Positions 38,901-54,400 of a DNA stretch of 64,000 nt are shown one piece after another (position 1 is the first letter of the stretch; the number at the start of each line of letters is the position of its first letter). Location of the stretch: assembly GCA_964016885.1 (NCBI GenBank), contig OZ024740.1:50654001-50718000 (forward strand), in the 5' to 3' direction. The notes beneath the pieces are model-generated. The model saw only the letters and a program-made list of their open reading frames with translations. It searched no databases and had not been told where the DNA came from. This stretch comes from Eledone cirrhosa. Taxonomy: Eukaryota. The position numbers were made by a program, and so were the translations under genes.

Positions 38901-39400
38901 GTCATTACAAAAAGCACCCAGTCCAAACTGTAAAGTGGTCGTGTAGGTGTCATTACAAAAAGCACCTAGTCCACACTGTAAAGTGATCTTGTAGGTGTCA
39001 TTATATAAACACCTAGTCCACACTGTAAAGTGATCTTGTAGGTGTCATTACAAAAAGCACCTAGTCCACATTGTAAAGTGATCTTGTAGGTGTCATTACA
39101 AAAAGCACCAAGTCCACACTGTTAAGTGGTCTTGTAGGTGTCATTACAAAAAGCATCTAGTCCACACTGTAAAGTGGTCTTGTAGATATCATTACAAAAA
39201 GCACCCAGTCCAAACTGTAAAGTGATCTTGTAGGTGTCATTACAAAAAGCACCCAGTCCACACTGTAAAGTGGTCTTGTAGGTGTCATTACAAAAAGCAC
39301 CTAGTCCACACTGTAAAGTGATCTTGTAGGTGTCATTACAAAAAGCACCCAATCCACATTGTAAAGTGGTCTTCTAGGTGTCATTACAAAAAGCACCCAG
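23900..39400. repeat. heterogeneous central domain mixing gamma blocks (alternating 96-bp dimers rich in gatcttCtag) with alpha and beta blocks; includes 711-, 912-, 2485- and 3397-bp periods
   Basis: Gamma markers are gtgCtc..taGaGaaagc..agtTcac, cagtAcac and cctaAtcc..ggtTttg. ORF offsets 32512/35909/38394 are 3397 and 2485. gtgCtc lies at 33823/34735 (offset 912). Confidence 0.82.
26300..27730. repeat. 711-bp (15-monomer) local tandem duplication containing a 49-bp and a 38-bp monomer
   Basis: cagtAcac at 26436/27147, 38-mer at 26941/27652, and insertion monomer caaaaaaTcaccc at ~26905/27616. 711=15x48-10+1. Confidence 0.87.
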
Positions 39401-39419
39401 TCCACACTGTAAAGTGGTC

Positions 39420-42400
39420 TTGTAGGTGTCATTACAAAAAGCACCCAGTCCACACTGTAAAGTGGTCTTGTAAGTGTCATTACAAAAAGCACCTAGTCCA
39501 CACTGTAAAGTGGTATTGTAGATGTCACTACAAAAAGCACCCAGTCCAAACTGTAAAGTGGTCGTTAAGGTGTGATTACAAAAAGCATCTAGTCCACATT
39601 GTAAAGTGAAATTGTAGGTGTCATTACAAAAAGAACCTAGTCCAAACTGTAAAGTGGTCTTGTAGACGTCATTACAAAAAGCACCCAGTCCACACTGTAA
39701 AGTGGTCTTGTAGGTGTCATTACAAAAAGCACCCAGTCCACACTCTAAAGTGGTCTTGTAGGTGTCATTACAAAAAGCACCCAGTCCACACTCTAAAGTG
39801 GTCTTGTAGGTGTCATTACAAAAAGCACCTAGTCCTCACTGTAAAGTGATCTTGTAGGTGTCATTACAAAAAGCACCTAGTCCACATTGTAAACTGATCT
39901 TGTAGGTGTCATTAAAAAAAGCACCCAGTCCACACTGTAAAGTGGTCTCGTAGGTGTCATTACAAAAAGCACCTAGTCCACACTGTAAAGTGGTCTTGTA
40001 GATGTCATTACAAAAAGCACCCAGTCCACACTGTAAAGTGGTCTTGTAGGTATCATTACAAAAAACACCCAGTCCACACTGTAAAGTGGTCTTGTAGGTG
40101 TCATTACAAAAAGCACCCAGTCCAAACTGTTAAGTGGTCTTGTAGGTGTCATTAAAAAAAGCACCTAGTCCACACTGTAAAGTGATCTTGTAGGTGTCAT
40201 TACAAAAAGCACCTAGTCCACATAGTAAAGTGATCTTGTATGTGTCATTACAAAAAGCACCTAGTCCACACTGTAAAGTGATCTTGTAGGTGTCATTACA
40301 AAAAGCACCTAGTTCACACTATAAAGTGATCTTGTAGGTGTCATTACAAAAAGCACCTAGTCCACATTGTAAAGTGATCTTGTAGGTGTCATTACAAAAA
40401 GCACCTACTCCACACGGTAAAGTGATCTTGTAGGTGTCATTACAAAAAGCACCCAGTCCACACTGTAAAGTGGTCTTGTAGGTGTCATTACAAAAAGCAC
40501 CCAGTCCACACTGCAAAGTGGTCTTGTAGATGTCATTACAAAAAGCACCCAGTCCACACTGCAAAGTGGTCTTGTAGGTGTCATTACAAAAAGCACCCAG
40601 TCCACACTGTAAAGTGGTCTTGTAGGTGTCATTACAAAAAGCACCCAGTCCAAACTGTAAAGTGGTTTTGTAGGTGTCATTACAAAAAGCACCTAGTCCA
40701 CACTGTAAAGTGATCTTGTAGGTGTCATTACAAAAAGCACCTAGTCCACACTGTAAAGTGATCTTGTAGGTGTCATTACAAAAAGCACCTAGTCCACATA
40801 GTAAAGTGATCTTGTATGTGTCATTACAAAAAGCACCTAGTCCACACTGTAAAGTGATCTTGTAGGTGTCATTACAAAAAGCACCTAGTTCACATTGTAA
40901 AGTGATCTTGTAGGTGTCATTACAAAAAGCACCTACTCCACACTGTAAAGTGATCTTGTAGGTGTCATTACAAAAAGCACCCAGTCCACACTGTAAAGTG
41001 GTCTTGTAGGTGTCATTACAAAAAGCACCCAGTCCACACTGCAAAGTGGTCTTGTAGATGTCATTACAAAAAGCACCCAGTCCAATCTGTAAAGTGGTCT
41101 TGTAGGTGTCATTACAAAAAGCACCCAGTCCAAACTGTAAAGTGGTCGTGTAGGTGTCATTACAAAAAGCACCTAGTCCACACTGTAAAGTGATCTTGTT
41201 GGTGTCATTATATAAACACCTAGTCCACACTGTAAAGTGATCTTGTAGGTGTCATTACAAAAAGCACCTAGTCCACACTGTAAAGTGATCTTGTAGGTGT
41301 CATTACAAAAAGCACCCAGTCCACACTGTAAAGTGGTCTTGTAGGTGTCATTACAAAAAGCACCTATAAAGTGATCTTCTAGGTGTCATTACAAAAAGCA
41401 CCTAGTCCACACTGTAAAGTGGTCTTGTAGGTGTCATTACAAAAAGCACCCAGTCAAAACTGTAAAGTGGTCGTGTAGGTGTCATTACAAAAAGCATCTA
41501 GTCCACATTGTAAAGTAATCTTGTAGGTGTCATTACAAAAAGCACCTAGTCCAAACTGTAAAGTGGTCTTGTAGATGTCATTACAAAAAGCACCCAGTCC
41601 ACACTGTAAAGTGGTCTTGTAGGTGTCATTACAAAAAGCACCCAGTCAAAACTGTAAAGTGGTCGTGTAGGTGTCATTACAAAAAGCATCTAGTCCACAT
41701 TGTTAAGTGATCTTGTAGGTGTCATTACAAAAAGCACCTAGTCCAAACTGTAAAGTGGTCTTGTAGATGTCATTACAAAAAGCACCCAGTCCAAACTGTA
41801 AAGTGGTCGTGTAGGTGTCATTACAAAAAGCATCTAGTCCACATTGTTAAGTGATCTTGTAGGTGTCATTACAAAAAGCACCTAGTCCAAACTGTAAAGT
41901 GGTCTTGTAGATGTCATTACAAAAAGCACCCAGTCCAAACTGTAAAGTGGTCGTGTAGGTGTCATTACAAAAAGCACCTAGTCCACACTGTAAAGTGATC
42001 TTGTAGGTGTCATTATAAAAAGCATCTAGTTCACATTGTAAAGTGATCATGTAGGTGTCATTACAAAAAGCACCTAGTCCAAACTGTAAAGTGGTCTTGT
42101 AGATGTCATTACAAAAAGCACCCAGTCCACACTGTAAAGTGGTCTTGTAGGTGTCATTACAAAAAGCACACAGTCCACACTCTAAAGTGGTCTTGTAGGT
42201 GTCATTACAAAAAGCACCCAGTCCACACCGTAAAGTGGTCTTGTAGGTGTCATTACAAAAAGCACCCAGTCCAATCTGTAAAGTGGTCGTGTAGGTGTCA
42301 TTACAAAAAGCACCTAGTCCACACTGTAAAGTGATCTTGTAGGTGTCATTATATAAACACCTAGTCCACACTGTAAAGTGATCTTGTAGGTGTCATTACA

Positions 42401-45400
42401 AAAAGCACCTAGTCCACATTGTAAAGTGATCTTGTAGGTGTCATTACAAAAAGCACCAAGTCCACACTGTTAAGTGGTCTTGTAGGTCTCATTACAAAAA
42501 GCATCTAGTCCACACTGTAAAGTGGTCTTGTAGATATCATTACAAAAAGCACCCAGTCCAAACTGTAAAGTGATCTTGTAGGTGTCATTACAAAAAGCAC
42601 CCAGTCCACACTGTAAAGTGGTCTTGTAGGTGTCATTACAAAAAGCACCTAGTCCACACTGTAAAGTGATCTTGTAGGTGTCATTACAAAAAGCACCCAA
42701 TCCACATTGTAAAGTGGTCTTCTAAGTGTCATTACAAAAAGCACCCAGTCCACAATGTAAAGTGGTCTTGTAGGTGTCATTACAAAAAGCACCCAGTCCA
42801 CACTGTAAAGTGGTCTTGTAAGTGTCATTACAAAAAGCACCTAGTCCACACTGTAAAGTGGTATTGTAGATGTCACTACAAAAAGCACCCAGTCCAAACT
42901 GTAAAGTGGTCGTTAAGGTGTGATTACAAAAAGCATCTAGTCCACATTGTAAAGTGAAATTGTAGGTGTCATTACAAAAAGAACCTAGTCCAAACTGTAA
43001 AGTGGTCTTGTAGACGTCATTACAAAAAGCACCCAGTCCACACTGTAAAGTGGTCTTGTAGGTGTCATTACAAAAAGCACCCAGTCCACACTCTAAAGTG
43101 GTCTTGTAGGTGTCATTACAAAAAGCACCCAGTCCACACTCTAAAGTGGTCTTGTAGGTGTCATTACAAAAAGCACCTAGTCCTCACTGTAAAGTGATCT
43201 TGTAGGTGTCATTACAAAAAGCACCTAGTCCACATTGTAAACTGATCTTGTAGGTGTCATTAAAAAAAGCACCCAGTCCACACTGTAAAGTGGTCTCGTA
43301 GGTGTCATTACAAAAAGCACCTAGTCCACACTGTAAAGTGGTCTTGTAGATGTCATTACGAAAAGCACCCAGTCCACACTGTAAAGTGGTCTTGTAGGTA
43401 TCATTACAAAAAACACCCAGTCCACACTGTAAAGTGGTCTTGTAGGTGTCATTACAAAAAGCACCCAGTCCAAACTGTAAAGTGGTCTTGTAGGTGTCAT
43501 TAAAAAAAGCACCTAGTCCACACTGTAAAGTGATCTTGTAGGTGTCATTACAAAAAGCACCTAGTCCACACTGTAAAGTGATCTTGTAGGTGTCATTACA
43601 AAAAGCACCTAGTCCACATAGTAAAGTGATCTTGTATGTGTCATTACAAAAAGCACCTAGTCCACACTGTAAAGTGATCTTGTAGGTGTCATTACAAAAA
43701 GCACCTAGTTCACACTGTAAAGTGATCTTGTAGGTGTCATTACAAAAAGCACCTAGTCCACATTGTAAAGTGATCTTGTAGGTGTCATTACAAAAAGCAC
43801 CTACTCCACACGGTAAAGTGATCTTGTAGGTGTCATTACAAAAAGCACCCAGTCCACACTGTAAAGTGGTCTTGTAGGTGTCATTACAAAAAGCACCCAG
43901 TCCACACTGCAAAGTGGTCTTGTAGATGTCATTACAAAAAGTACCCAGTCCACACTGCAAAGTGGTCTTGTAGGTGTCATTACAAAAAGCACCCAGTCCA
44001 CACTGTAAAGTGGTCTTGTAGGTGTCATTACAAAAAGCACCCAGTCCAAACTGTAAAGTGGTTTTGTAGGTGTCATTACAAAAAGCACCTAGTCCACACT
44101 GTAAAGTGATCTTGTAGGTGTCATTACAAAAAGCACCTAGTCCACACTGTAAAGTGATCTTGTAGGTGTCATTACAAAAAGCACCTAGTCCACATAGTAA
44201 AGTGATCTTGTATGTGTCATTACAAAAAGCACCTAGTCCACACTATAAAGTGATCTTGTAGGTGTCATTACAAAAAGCACCTAGTTCACATTGTAAAGTG
44301 ATCTTGTAGGTGTCATTACAAAAAGCACCTACTCCACACTGTAAAGTGATCTTGTAGGTGTCATTACAAAAAGCACCCAGTCCACACTGTAAAGTGGTCT
44401 TGTAGGTGTCATTACAAAAAGCACCCAGTCCACACTGCAAAGTGGTCTTGTAGATGTCATTACAAAAAGCACCCAGTCCACACTGCAAAATGGTCTTGTA
44501 GGTGTCATTACAAAAAGCACCCAGTCCACACTGTAAAGTGGTCTTGTAGGTGTCATTACAAAAAGCACCCAGTCCAAAATGTAAAGTGGTTTTGTAGGTG
44601 TCATAACAAAAAGCACCTAGTCCACACTGTAAAGTGATCTTGTAGGTGTCATTACAAAAAGCACCTAGTCCACACTGTAAAGTGATCTTGTAGGTGTCAT
44701 TACAAAAAGCACCTAGTCCACATAGTAAAGTGATCTTGTATGTGTCATTACAAAAAGCACCTAGTCCACACTGTAAAGTGATCTTGTAGGTGTCATTACA
44801 AAAAGCACCTAGTTCACATTGTAAAGTGATCTTGTAGGTGTCATTACAAAAAGCACCTACTCCACACTGTAAAGTGATCTTGTAGGTGTCATTACAAAAA
44901 GCACCCAGTCCACACTGTAAAGTGGTCTTGTAGGTGTCATTACAAAAAGCACCCAGTCCACACTGCAAAGTGGTCTTGTAGATGTCATTACAAAAAGCAC
45001 CCAGTCCAATCTGTAAAGTGGTCTTGTAGGTGTCATTACAAAAAGCACCCAGTCCAAACTGTAAAGTGGTCGTGTAGGTGTCATTACAAAAAGCACCTAG
45101 TCCACACTGTAAAGTGATCTTGTAGGTGTCATTATATAAACACCTAGTCCACACTGTAAAGTGATCTTGTAGGTGTCATTACAAAAAGCACCTAGTCCAC
45201 ACTGTAAAGTGATCTTGTAGGTGTCATTACAAAAAGCACCCAGTCCACACTGTAAAGTGGTCTTGTAGGTGTCATTACAAAAAGCACCTGTAAAGTGATC
45301 TTCTAGGTGTCATTACAAAAAGCACCTAGTCCACACTGTAAAGTGGTCTTGTAGGTGTCATTACAAAAAGCACCCAGTCAAAACTGTAAAGTGGTCGTGT

Positions 45401-48400
45401 AGGTGTCATTACAAAAAGCATCTAGTCCACATTGTAAAGTGATCTTGTAGGTGTCATTACAAAAAGCACCTAGTCCAAACTGTAAAGTGGTCTTGTAGAT
45501 GTCATTACAAAAAGCACCCAGTCCACACTGTAAAGTGGTCTTGTAGGTGTCATTACAAAAAGCACCCAGTCAAAACTGTAAAGTGGTCGTGTAGGTGTCA
45601 TTACAAAAAGCATCTAGTCCACATTGTTAAGTGATCTTGTAGGTGTCATTACAAAAAGCACCTAGTCCAAACTGTAAAGTGGTCTTGTAGATGTCATTAC
45701 AAAAAGCACCCAGTCCAAACTGTAAAGTGGTCGTGTAGGTGTCATTACAAAAAGCACCTAGTCCACACTGTAAAGTGATCTTGTAGGTGTCATTATAAAA
45801 AGCATCTAGTTCACATTGTAAAGTGATCTTGTAGGTGTCATTACAAAAAGCACCTAGTCCAAACTGTAAAGTGGTCTTGTAGATGTCATTACAAAAAGCA
45901 CCGAGTCCACACTGTAAAGTGGTCTTGTAGGTGTCATTACAAAAAGCACACAGTCCACACTCTAAAGTGGTCTTGTAGGTGTCATTACAAAAAGCACCCA
46001 GTCCACACCGTAAAGTGGTCTTGTAGGTGTCATTACAAAAAGCACCCAGTCCAATCTGTAAAGTGGTCTTGTAGGTGTCATTACAAAAAGCACCCAGTCC
46101 AAACTGTAAAGTGGTCGTGTAGGTGTCATTACAAAAAGCACCTAGTCCACACTGTAAAGTGATCTTGTAGGTGTCATTATATAAAAACCTAGTCCACACT
46201 GTAAAGTGATCTTGTAGGTGTCATTACAAAAAGCACCTAGTCCACATTGTAAAGTGATCTTGTAGGTGTCATTACAAAAAGCACCAAGTCCACACTGTTA
46301 AGTGGTCTTGTAGGTGTCATTACAAAAAGCATCTAGTCCACACTGTAAAGTGGTCTTGTAGATATCATTACAAAAAGCACCCAGTCCAAACTGTAAAGTG
46401 ATCTTGTAGGTGTCATTACAAAAAGCACCCAGTCCACACTGTAAAGTGGTCTTGTAGGTGTCATTACAAAAAGTACCTAGTCCACACTGTAAAGTGATCT
46501 TGTAGGTGTCATTACAAAAAGCACCCAATCCACATTGTAAAGTGGTCTTCTAAGTGTCATTACAAAAAGCACCCAGTCCACAATGTAAAGTGGTCTTGTA
46601 GGTGTCATTACAAAAAGCACCCAGTCCACACTGTAAAGTGGTCTTGTAAGTGTCATTACAAAAAGCACCTAGTCCACACTGTAAAGTGGTATTGTAGATG
46701 TCACTACAAAAAGCACCCAGTCCAAACTGTAAAGTGGTCGTTAAGGTGTGATTACAAAAAGCATCTAGTCCACATTGTAAAGTGAAATTGTAGGTGTCAT
46801 TACAAAAAGAACCTAGTCCAAACTGTAAAGTGGTCTTGTAGACGTCATTACAAAAAGCACCCAGTCCACACTGTAAAGTGGTCTTGTAGGTGTCATTACA
46901 AAAAGCACCCAGTCCACACTCTAAAGTGGTCTTGTAGGTGTCATTACAAAAAGCACCCAGTCCACACTCTAAAGTGGTCTTGTAGGTGTCATTACAAAAA
47001 GCACCTAGTCCTCACTGTAAAGTGATCTTGTAGGTGTCATTACAAAAAGCACCTAGTCCACATTGTAAACTGATCTTGTAGGTGTCATTAAAAAAAGCAC
47101 CCAGTCCACACTGTAAAGTGGTCTCGTAGGTGTCATTACAAAAAGCACCTAGTCCACACTGTAAAGTGGTCTTGTAGATGTCATTACAAAAAGCACCCAG
47201 TCCACACTGTAAAGTGGTCTTGTAGGTATCATTACAAAAAACACCCAGTCCACACTGTAAAGTGGTCTTGTAGGTGTCATTACAAAAAGCACCCAGTCCA
47301 AACTGTTAAGTGGTCTTGTAGGTGTCATTAAAAAAAGCACCTAGTCCACACTGTAAAGTGATCTTGTAGGTGTCATTACAAAAAGCACCTAGTCCACATA
47401 GTAAAGTGATCTTGTATGTGTCATTACAAAAAGCACCTAGTCCACACTGTAAAGTGATCTTGTAGGTGTCATTACAAAAAGCACCTAGTTCACACTATAA
47501 AGTGATCTTGTAGGTGTCATTACAAAAAGCACCTAGTCCACATTGTAAAGTGATCTTGTAGGTGTCATTACAAAAAGCACCTACTCCACACGGTAAAGTG
47601 ATCTTGTAGGTGTCATTACAAAAAGCACCCAGTCCACACTGTAAAGTGGTCTTGTAGGTGTCATTACAAAAAGCACCCAGTCCACACTGCAAAGTGGTCT
47701 TGTAGATGTCATTACAAAAAGCACCCAGTCCACACTGCAAAGTGGTCTTGTAGGTGTCATTACAAAAAGCACCCAGTCCACACTGTAAAGTGGTCTTGTA
47801 GGTGTCATTACAAAAAGCACCCAGTCCAAACTGTAAAGTGGTTTTGTAGGTGTCATTACAAAAAGCACCTAGTCCACACTGTAAAGTGATCTTGTAGGTG
47901 TCATTACAAAAAGCACCTAGTCCAAACTGTAAAGTGATCTTGTAGGTGTCATTACAAAAAGCACCTAGTCCACATAGTAAAGTGATCTTGTATGTGTCAT
48001 TACAAAAAGCACCTAGTCCACACTGTAAAGTGATCTTGTAGGTGTCATTACAAAAAGCACCTAGTTCACATTGTAAAGTGATCTTGTAGGTGTCATTACA
48101 AAAAGCACCTACTCCACACTGTAAAGTGATCTTGTAGATGTCATTACAAAAAGCACCCAGTCCACACTGTAAAGTGGTCTTGTAGGTGTCATTACAAAAA
48201 GCACCCAGTCCACACTGCAAAGTGGTCTTGTAGATGTCATTACAAAAAGCACCCAGTCCAATCTGTAAAGTGGTCTTGTAGGTGTCATTACAAAAAGCAC
48301 CCAGTCCAAACTGTAAAGTGGTCGTGTAGGTGTCATTACAAAAAGCACCTAGTCCACACTGTAAAGTGATCTTGTTGGTGTCATTATATAAACACCTAGT

Positions 48401-51400
48401 CCACACTGTAAAGTGATCTTGTAGGTGTCATTACAAAAAGCACCTAGTCCACACTGTAAAGTGATCTTGTAGGTGTCATTACAAAAAGCACCCAGTCCAC
48501 ACTGTAAAGTGGTCTTGTAGGTGTCATTACAAAAAGCACCTGTAAAGTGATCTTCTAGGTGTCATTACAAAAAGCACCTAGTCCACACTGTAAAGTGGTC
48601 TTGTAGGTGTCATTACAAAAAGCACCCAGTCAAAACTGTAAAGTGGTCGTGTAGGTGTCATTACAAAAAGCATCTAGTCCACATTGTAAAGTAATCTTGT
48701 AGGTGTCATTACAAAAAGCACCTAGTCCAAACTGTAAAGTGGTCTTGTAGATGTCATTACAAAAAGCACCCAGTCCACACTGTAAAGTGGTCTTGTAGGT
48801 GTCATTACAAAAAGCACCCAGTCAAAACTGTAAAGTGGTCGTGTAGGTGTCATTACAAAAAGCATCTAGTCCACATTGTTAAGTGATCTTGTAGGTGTCA
48901 TTACAAAAAGCACCTAGTCCAAACTGTAAAGTGGTCTTGTAGATGTCATTACAAAAAGCACCCAGTCCAAACTGTAAAGTGGTCGTGTAGGTGTCATTAC
49001 AAAAAGCATCTAGTCCACATTGTTAAGTGATCTTGTAGGTGTCATTACAAAAAGCACCTAGTCCAAACTGTAAAGTGGTCTTGTAGATGTCATTACAAAA
49101 AGCACCCAGTCCAAACTGTAAAGTGTTCGTGTAGGTGTCATTACAAAAAGCACCTAGTCCACACTGTAAAGTGATCTTGTAGGTGTCATTATAAAAAGCA
49201 TCTAGTTCACATTGTAAAGTGATCATGTAGGTGTCATTACAAAAAGCACCTAGTCCAAACTGTAAAGTGGTCTTGTAGATGTCATTACAAAAAGCACCCA
49301 GTCCACACTGTAAAGTGGTCTTGTAGGTGTCATTACAAAAAGCACACAGTCCACACTCTAAAGTGGTCTTGTAGGTGTCATTACAAAAAGCACCCAGTCC
49401 ACACCGTAAAGTGGTCTTGTAGGTGTCATTACAAAAAGCACCCAGTCCAATCTGTAAAGTGGTCGTGTAGGTGTCATTACAAAAAGCACCTAGTCCACAC
49501 TGTAAAGTGATCTTGTAGGTGTCATTATATAAACACCTAGTCCACACTGTAAAGTGATCTTGTAGGTGTCATTACAAAAAGCACCTAGTCCACATTGTAA
49601 AGTGATCTTGTAGGTGTCATTACAAAAAGCACCAAGTCCACACTGTTAAGTGGTCTTGTAGGTCTCATTACAAAAAGCATCTAGTCCACACTGTAAAGTG
49701 GTCTTGTAGATATCATTACAAAAAGCACCCAGTCCAAACTGTAAAGTGATCTTGTAGGTGTCATTACAAAAAGCACCCAGTCCACACTGTAAAGTGGTCT
49801 TGTAGGTGTCATTACAAAAAGCACCTAGTCCACACTGTAAAGTGATCTTGTAGGTGTCATTACAAAAAGCACCCAATCCACATTGTAAAGTGGTCTTCTA
49901 AGTGTCATTACAAAAAGCACCCAGTCCACAATGTAAAGTGGTCTTGTAGGTGTCATTACAAAAAGCACCCAGTCCACACTGTAAAGTGGTCTTGTAAGTG
50001 TCATTACAAAAAGCACCTAGTCCACACTGTAAAGTGGTATTGTAGATGTCACTACAAAAAGCACCCAGTCCAAACTGTAAAGTGGTCGTTAAGGTGTGAT
50101 TACAAAAAGCATCTAGTCCACATTGTAAAGTGAAATTGTAGGTGTCATTACAAAAAGAACCTAGTCCAAACTGTAAAGTGGTCTTGTAGACGTCATTACA
50201 AAAAGCACCCAGTCCACACTGTAAAGTGGTCTTGTAGGTGTCATTACAAAAAGCACCCAGTCCACACTCTAAAGTGGTCTTGTAGGTGTCATTACAAAAA
50301 GCACCCAGTCCACACTCTAAAGTGGTCTTGTAGGTGTCATTACAAAAAGCACCTAGTCCTCACTGTAAAGTGATCTTGTAGGTGTCATTACAAAAAGCAC
50401 CTAGTCCACATTGTAAACTGATCTTGTAGGTGTCATTAAAAAAAGCACCCAGTCCACACTGTAAAGTGGTCTCGTAGGTGTCATTACAAAAAGCACCTAG
50501 TCCACACTGTAAAGTGGTCTTGTAGATGTCATTACAAAAAGCACCCAGTCCACACTGTAAAGTGGTCTTGTAGGTATCATTACAAAAAACACCCAGTCCA
50601 CACTGTAAAGTGGTCTTGTAGGTGTCATTACAAAAAGCACCCAGTCCAAACTGTTAAGTGGTCTTGTAGGTGTCATTAAAAAAAGCACCTAGTCCACACT
50701 GTAAAGTGATCTTGTAGGTGTCATTACAAAAAGCACCTAGTCCACATAGTAAAGTGATCTTGTATGTGTCATTACAAAAAGCACCTAGTCCACACTGTAA
50801 AGTGATCTTGTAGGTGTCATTACAAAAAGCACCTAGTTCACACTATAAAGTGATCTTGTAGGTGTCATTACAAAAAGCACCTAGTCCACATTGTAAAGTG
50901 ATCTTGTAGGTGTCATTACAAAAAGCACCTACTCCACACGGTAAAGTGATCTTGTAGGTGTCATTACAAAAAGCACCCAGTCCACACTGTAAAGTGGTCT
51001 TGTAGGTGTCATTACAAAAAGCACCCAGTCCACACTGCAAAGTGGTCTTGTAGATGTCATTACAAAAAGCACCCAGTCCACACTGCAAAGTGGTCTTGTA
51101 GGTGTCATTACAAAAAGCACCCAGTCCACACTGTAAAGTGGTCTTGTAGGTGTCATTACAAAAAGCACCCAGTCCAAACTGTAAAGTGGTTTTGTAGGTG
51201 TCATTACAAAAAGCACCTAGTCCACACTGTAAAGTGATCTTGTAGGTGTCATTACAAAAAGCACCTAGTCCACACTGTAAAGTGATCTTGTAGGTGTCAT
51301 TACAAAAAGCACCTAGTCCACATAGTAAAGTGATCTTGTATGTGTCATTACAAAAAGCACCTAGTCCACACTGTAAAGTGATCTTGTAGGTGTCATTACA

Positions 51401-54400
51401 AAAAGCACCTAGTTCACATTGTAAAGTGATCTTGTAGGTGTCATTACAAAAAGCACCTACTCCACACTGTAAAGTGATCTTGTAGGTGTCATTACAAAAA
51501 GCACCCAGTCCACACTGTAAAGTGGTCTTGTAGGTGTCATTACAAAAAGCACCCAGTCCACACTGCAAAGTGGTCTTGTAGATGTCATTACAAAAAGCAC
51601 CCAGTCCAATCTGTAAAGTGGTCTTGTAGGTGTCATTACAAAAAGCACCCAGTCCAAACTGTAAAGTGGTCGTGTAGGTGTCATTACAAAAAGCACCTAG
51701 TCCACACTGTAAAGTGATCTTGTTGGTGTCATTATATAAACACCTAGTCCACACTGTAAAGTGATCTTGTAGGTGTCATTACAAAAAGCACCTAGTCCAC
51801 ACTGTAAAGTGATCTTGTAGGTGTCATTACAAAAAGCACCCAGTCCACACTGTAAAGTGGTCTTGTAGGTGTCATTACAAAAAGCACCTGTAAAGTGATC
51901 TTCTAGGTGTCATTACAAAAAGCACCTAGTCCACACTGTAAAGTGGTCTTGTAGGTGTCATTACAAAAAGCACCCAGTCAAAACTGTAAAGTGGTCGTGT
52001 AGGTGTCATTACAAAAAGCATCTAGTCCACATTGTAAAGTAATCTTGTAGGTGTCATTACAAAAAGCACCTAGTCCAAACTGTAAAGTGGTCTTGTAGAT
52101 GTCATTACAAAAAGCACCCAGTCCACACTGTAAAGTGGTCTTGTAGGTGTCATTACAAAAAGCACCCAGTCAAAACTGTAAAGTGGTCGTGTAGGTGTCA
52201 TTACAAAAAGCATCTAGTCCACATTGTTAAGTGATCTTGTAGGTGTCATTACAAAAAGCACCTAGTCCAAACTGTAAAGTGGTCTTGTAGATGTCATTAC
52301 AAAAAGCACCCAGTCCAAACTGTAAAGTGGTCGTGTAGGTGTCATTACAAAAAGCATCTAGTCCACATTGTTAAGTGATCTTGTAGGTGTCATTACAAAA
52401 AGCACCTAGTCCAAACTGTAAAGTGGTCTTGTAGATGTCATTACAAAAAGCACCCAGTCCAAACTGTAAAGTGGTCGTGTAGGTGTCATTACAAAAAGCA
52501 CCTAGTCCACACTGTAAAGTGATCTTGTAGGTGTCATTATAAAAAGCATCTAGTTCACATTGTAAAGTGATCATGTAGGTGTCATTACAAAAAGCACCTA
52601 GTCCAAACTGTAAAGTGGTCTTGTAGATGTCATTACAAAAAGCACCCAGTCCACACTGTAAAGTGGTCTTGTAGGTGTCATTACAAAAAGCACACAGTCC
52701 ACACTCTAAAGTGGTCTTGTAGGTGTCATTACAAAAAGCACCCAGTCCACACCGTAAAGTGGTCTTGTAGGTGTCATTACAAAAAGCACCCAGTCCAATC
52801 TGTAAAGTGGTCGTGTAGGTGTCATTACAAAAAGCACCTAGTCCACACTGTAAAGTGATCTTGTAGGTGTCATTATATAAACACCTAGTCCACACTGTAA
52901 AGTGATCTTGTAGGTGTCATTACAAAAAGCACCTAGTCCACATTGTAAAGTGATCTTGTAGGTGTCATTACAAAAAGCACCAAGTCCACACTGTTAAGTG
53001 GTCTTGTAGGTCTCATTACAAAAAGCATCTAGTCCACACTGTAAAGTGGTCTTGTAGATATCATTACAAAAAGCACCCAGTCCAAACTGTAAAGTGATCT
53101 TGTAGGTGTCATTACAAAAAGCACCCAGTCCACACTGTAAAGTGGTCTTGTAGGTGTCATTACAAAAAGCACCTAGTCCACACTGTAAAGTGATCTTGTA
53201 GGTGTCATTACAAAAAGCACCCAATCCACATTGTAAAGTGGTCTTCTAAGTGTCATTACAAAAAGCACCCAGTCCACAATGTAAAGTGGTCTTGTAGGTG
53301 TCATTACAAAAAGCACCCAGTCCACACTGTAAAGTGGTCTTGTAAGTGTCATTACAAAAAGCACCTAGTCCACACTGTAAAGTGGTATTGTAGATGTCAC
53401 TACAAAAAGCACCCAGTCCAAACTGTAAAGTGGTCGTTAAGGTGTGATTACAAAAAGCATCTAGTCCACATTGTAAAGTGAAATTGTAGGTGTCATTACA
53501 AAAAGAACCTAGTCCAAACTGTAAAGTGGTCTTGTAGACGTCATTACAAAAAGCACCCAGTCCACACTGTAAAGTGGTCTTGTAGGTGTCATTACAAAAA
53601 GCACCCAGTCCACACTCTAAAGTGGTCTTGTAGGTGTCATTACAAAAAGCACCCAGTCCACACTCTAAAGTGGTCTTGTAGGTGTCATTACAAAAAGCAC
53701 CTAGTCCTCACTGTAAAGTGATCTTGTAGGTGTCATTACAAAAAGCACCTAGTCCACATTGTAAACTGATCTTGTAGGTGTCATTAAAAAAAGCACCCAG
53801 TCCACACTGTAAAGTGGTCTCGTAGGTGTCATTACAAAAAGCACCTAGTCCACACTGTAAAGTGGTCTTGTAGATGTCATTACGAAAAGCACCCAGTCCA
53901 CACTGTAAAGTGGTCTTGTAGGTATCATTACAAAAAACACCCAGTCCACACTGTAAAGTGGTCTTGTAGGTGTCATTACAAAAAGCACCCAGTCCAAACT
54001 GTAAAGTGGTCTTGTAGGTGTCATTAAAAAAAGCACCTAGTCCACACTGTAAAGTGATCTTGTAGGTGTCATTACAAAAAGCACCTAGTCCACACTGTAA
54101 AGTGATCTTGTAGGTGTCATTACAAAAAGCACCTAGTCCACATAGTAAAGTGATCTTGTATGTGTCATTACAAAAAGCACCTAGTCCACACTGTAAAGTG
54201 ATCTTGTAGGTGTCATTACAAAAAGCACCTAGTTCACACTGTAAAGTGATCTTGTAGGTGTCATTACAAAAAGCACCTAGTCCACATTGTAAAGTGATCT
54301 TGTAGGTGTCATTACAAAAAGCACCTACTCCACACGGTAAAGTGATCTTGTAGGTGTCATTACAAAAAGCACCCAGTCCACACTGTAAAGTGGTCTTGTA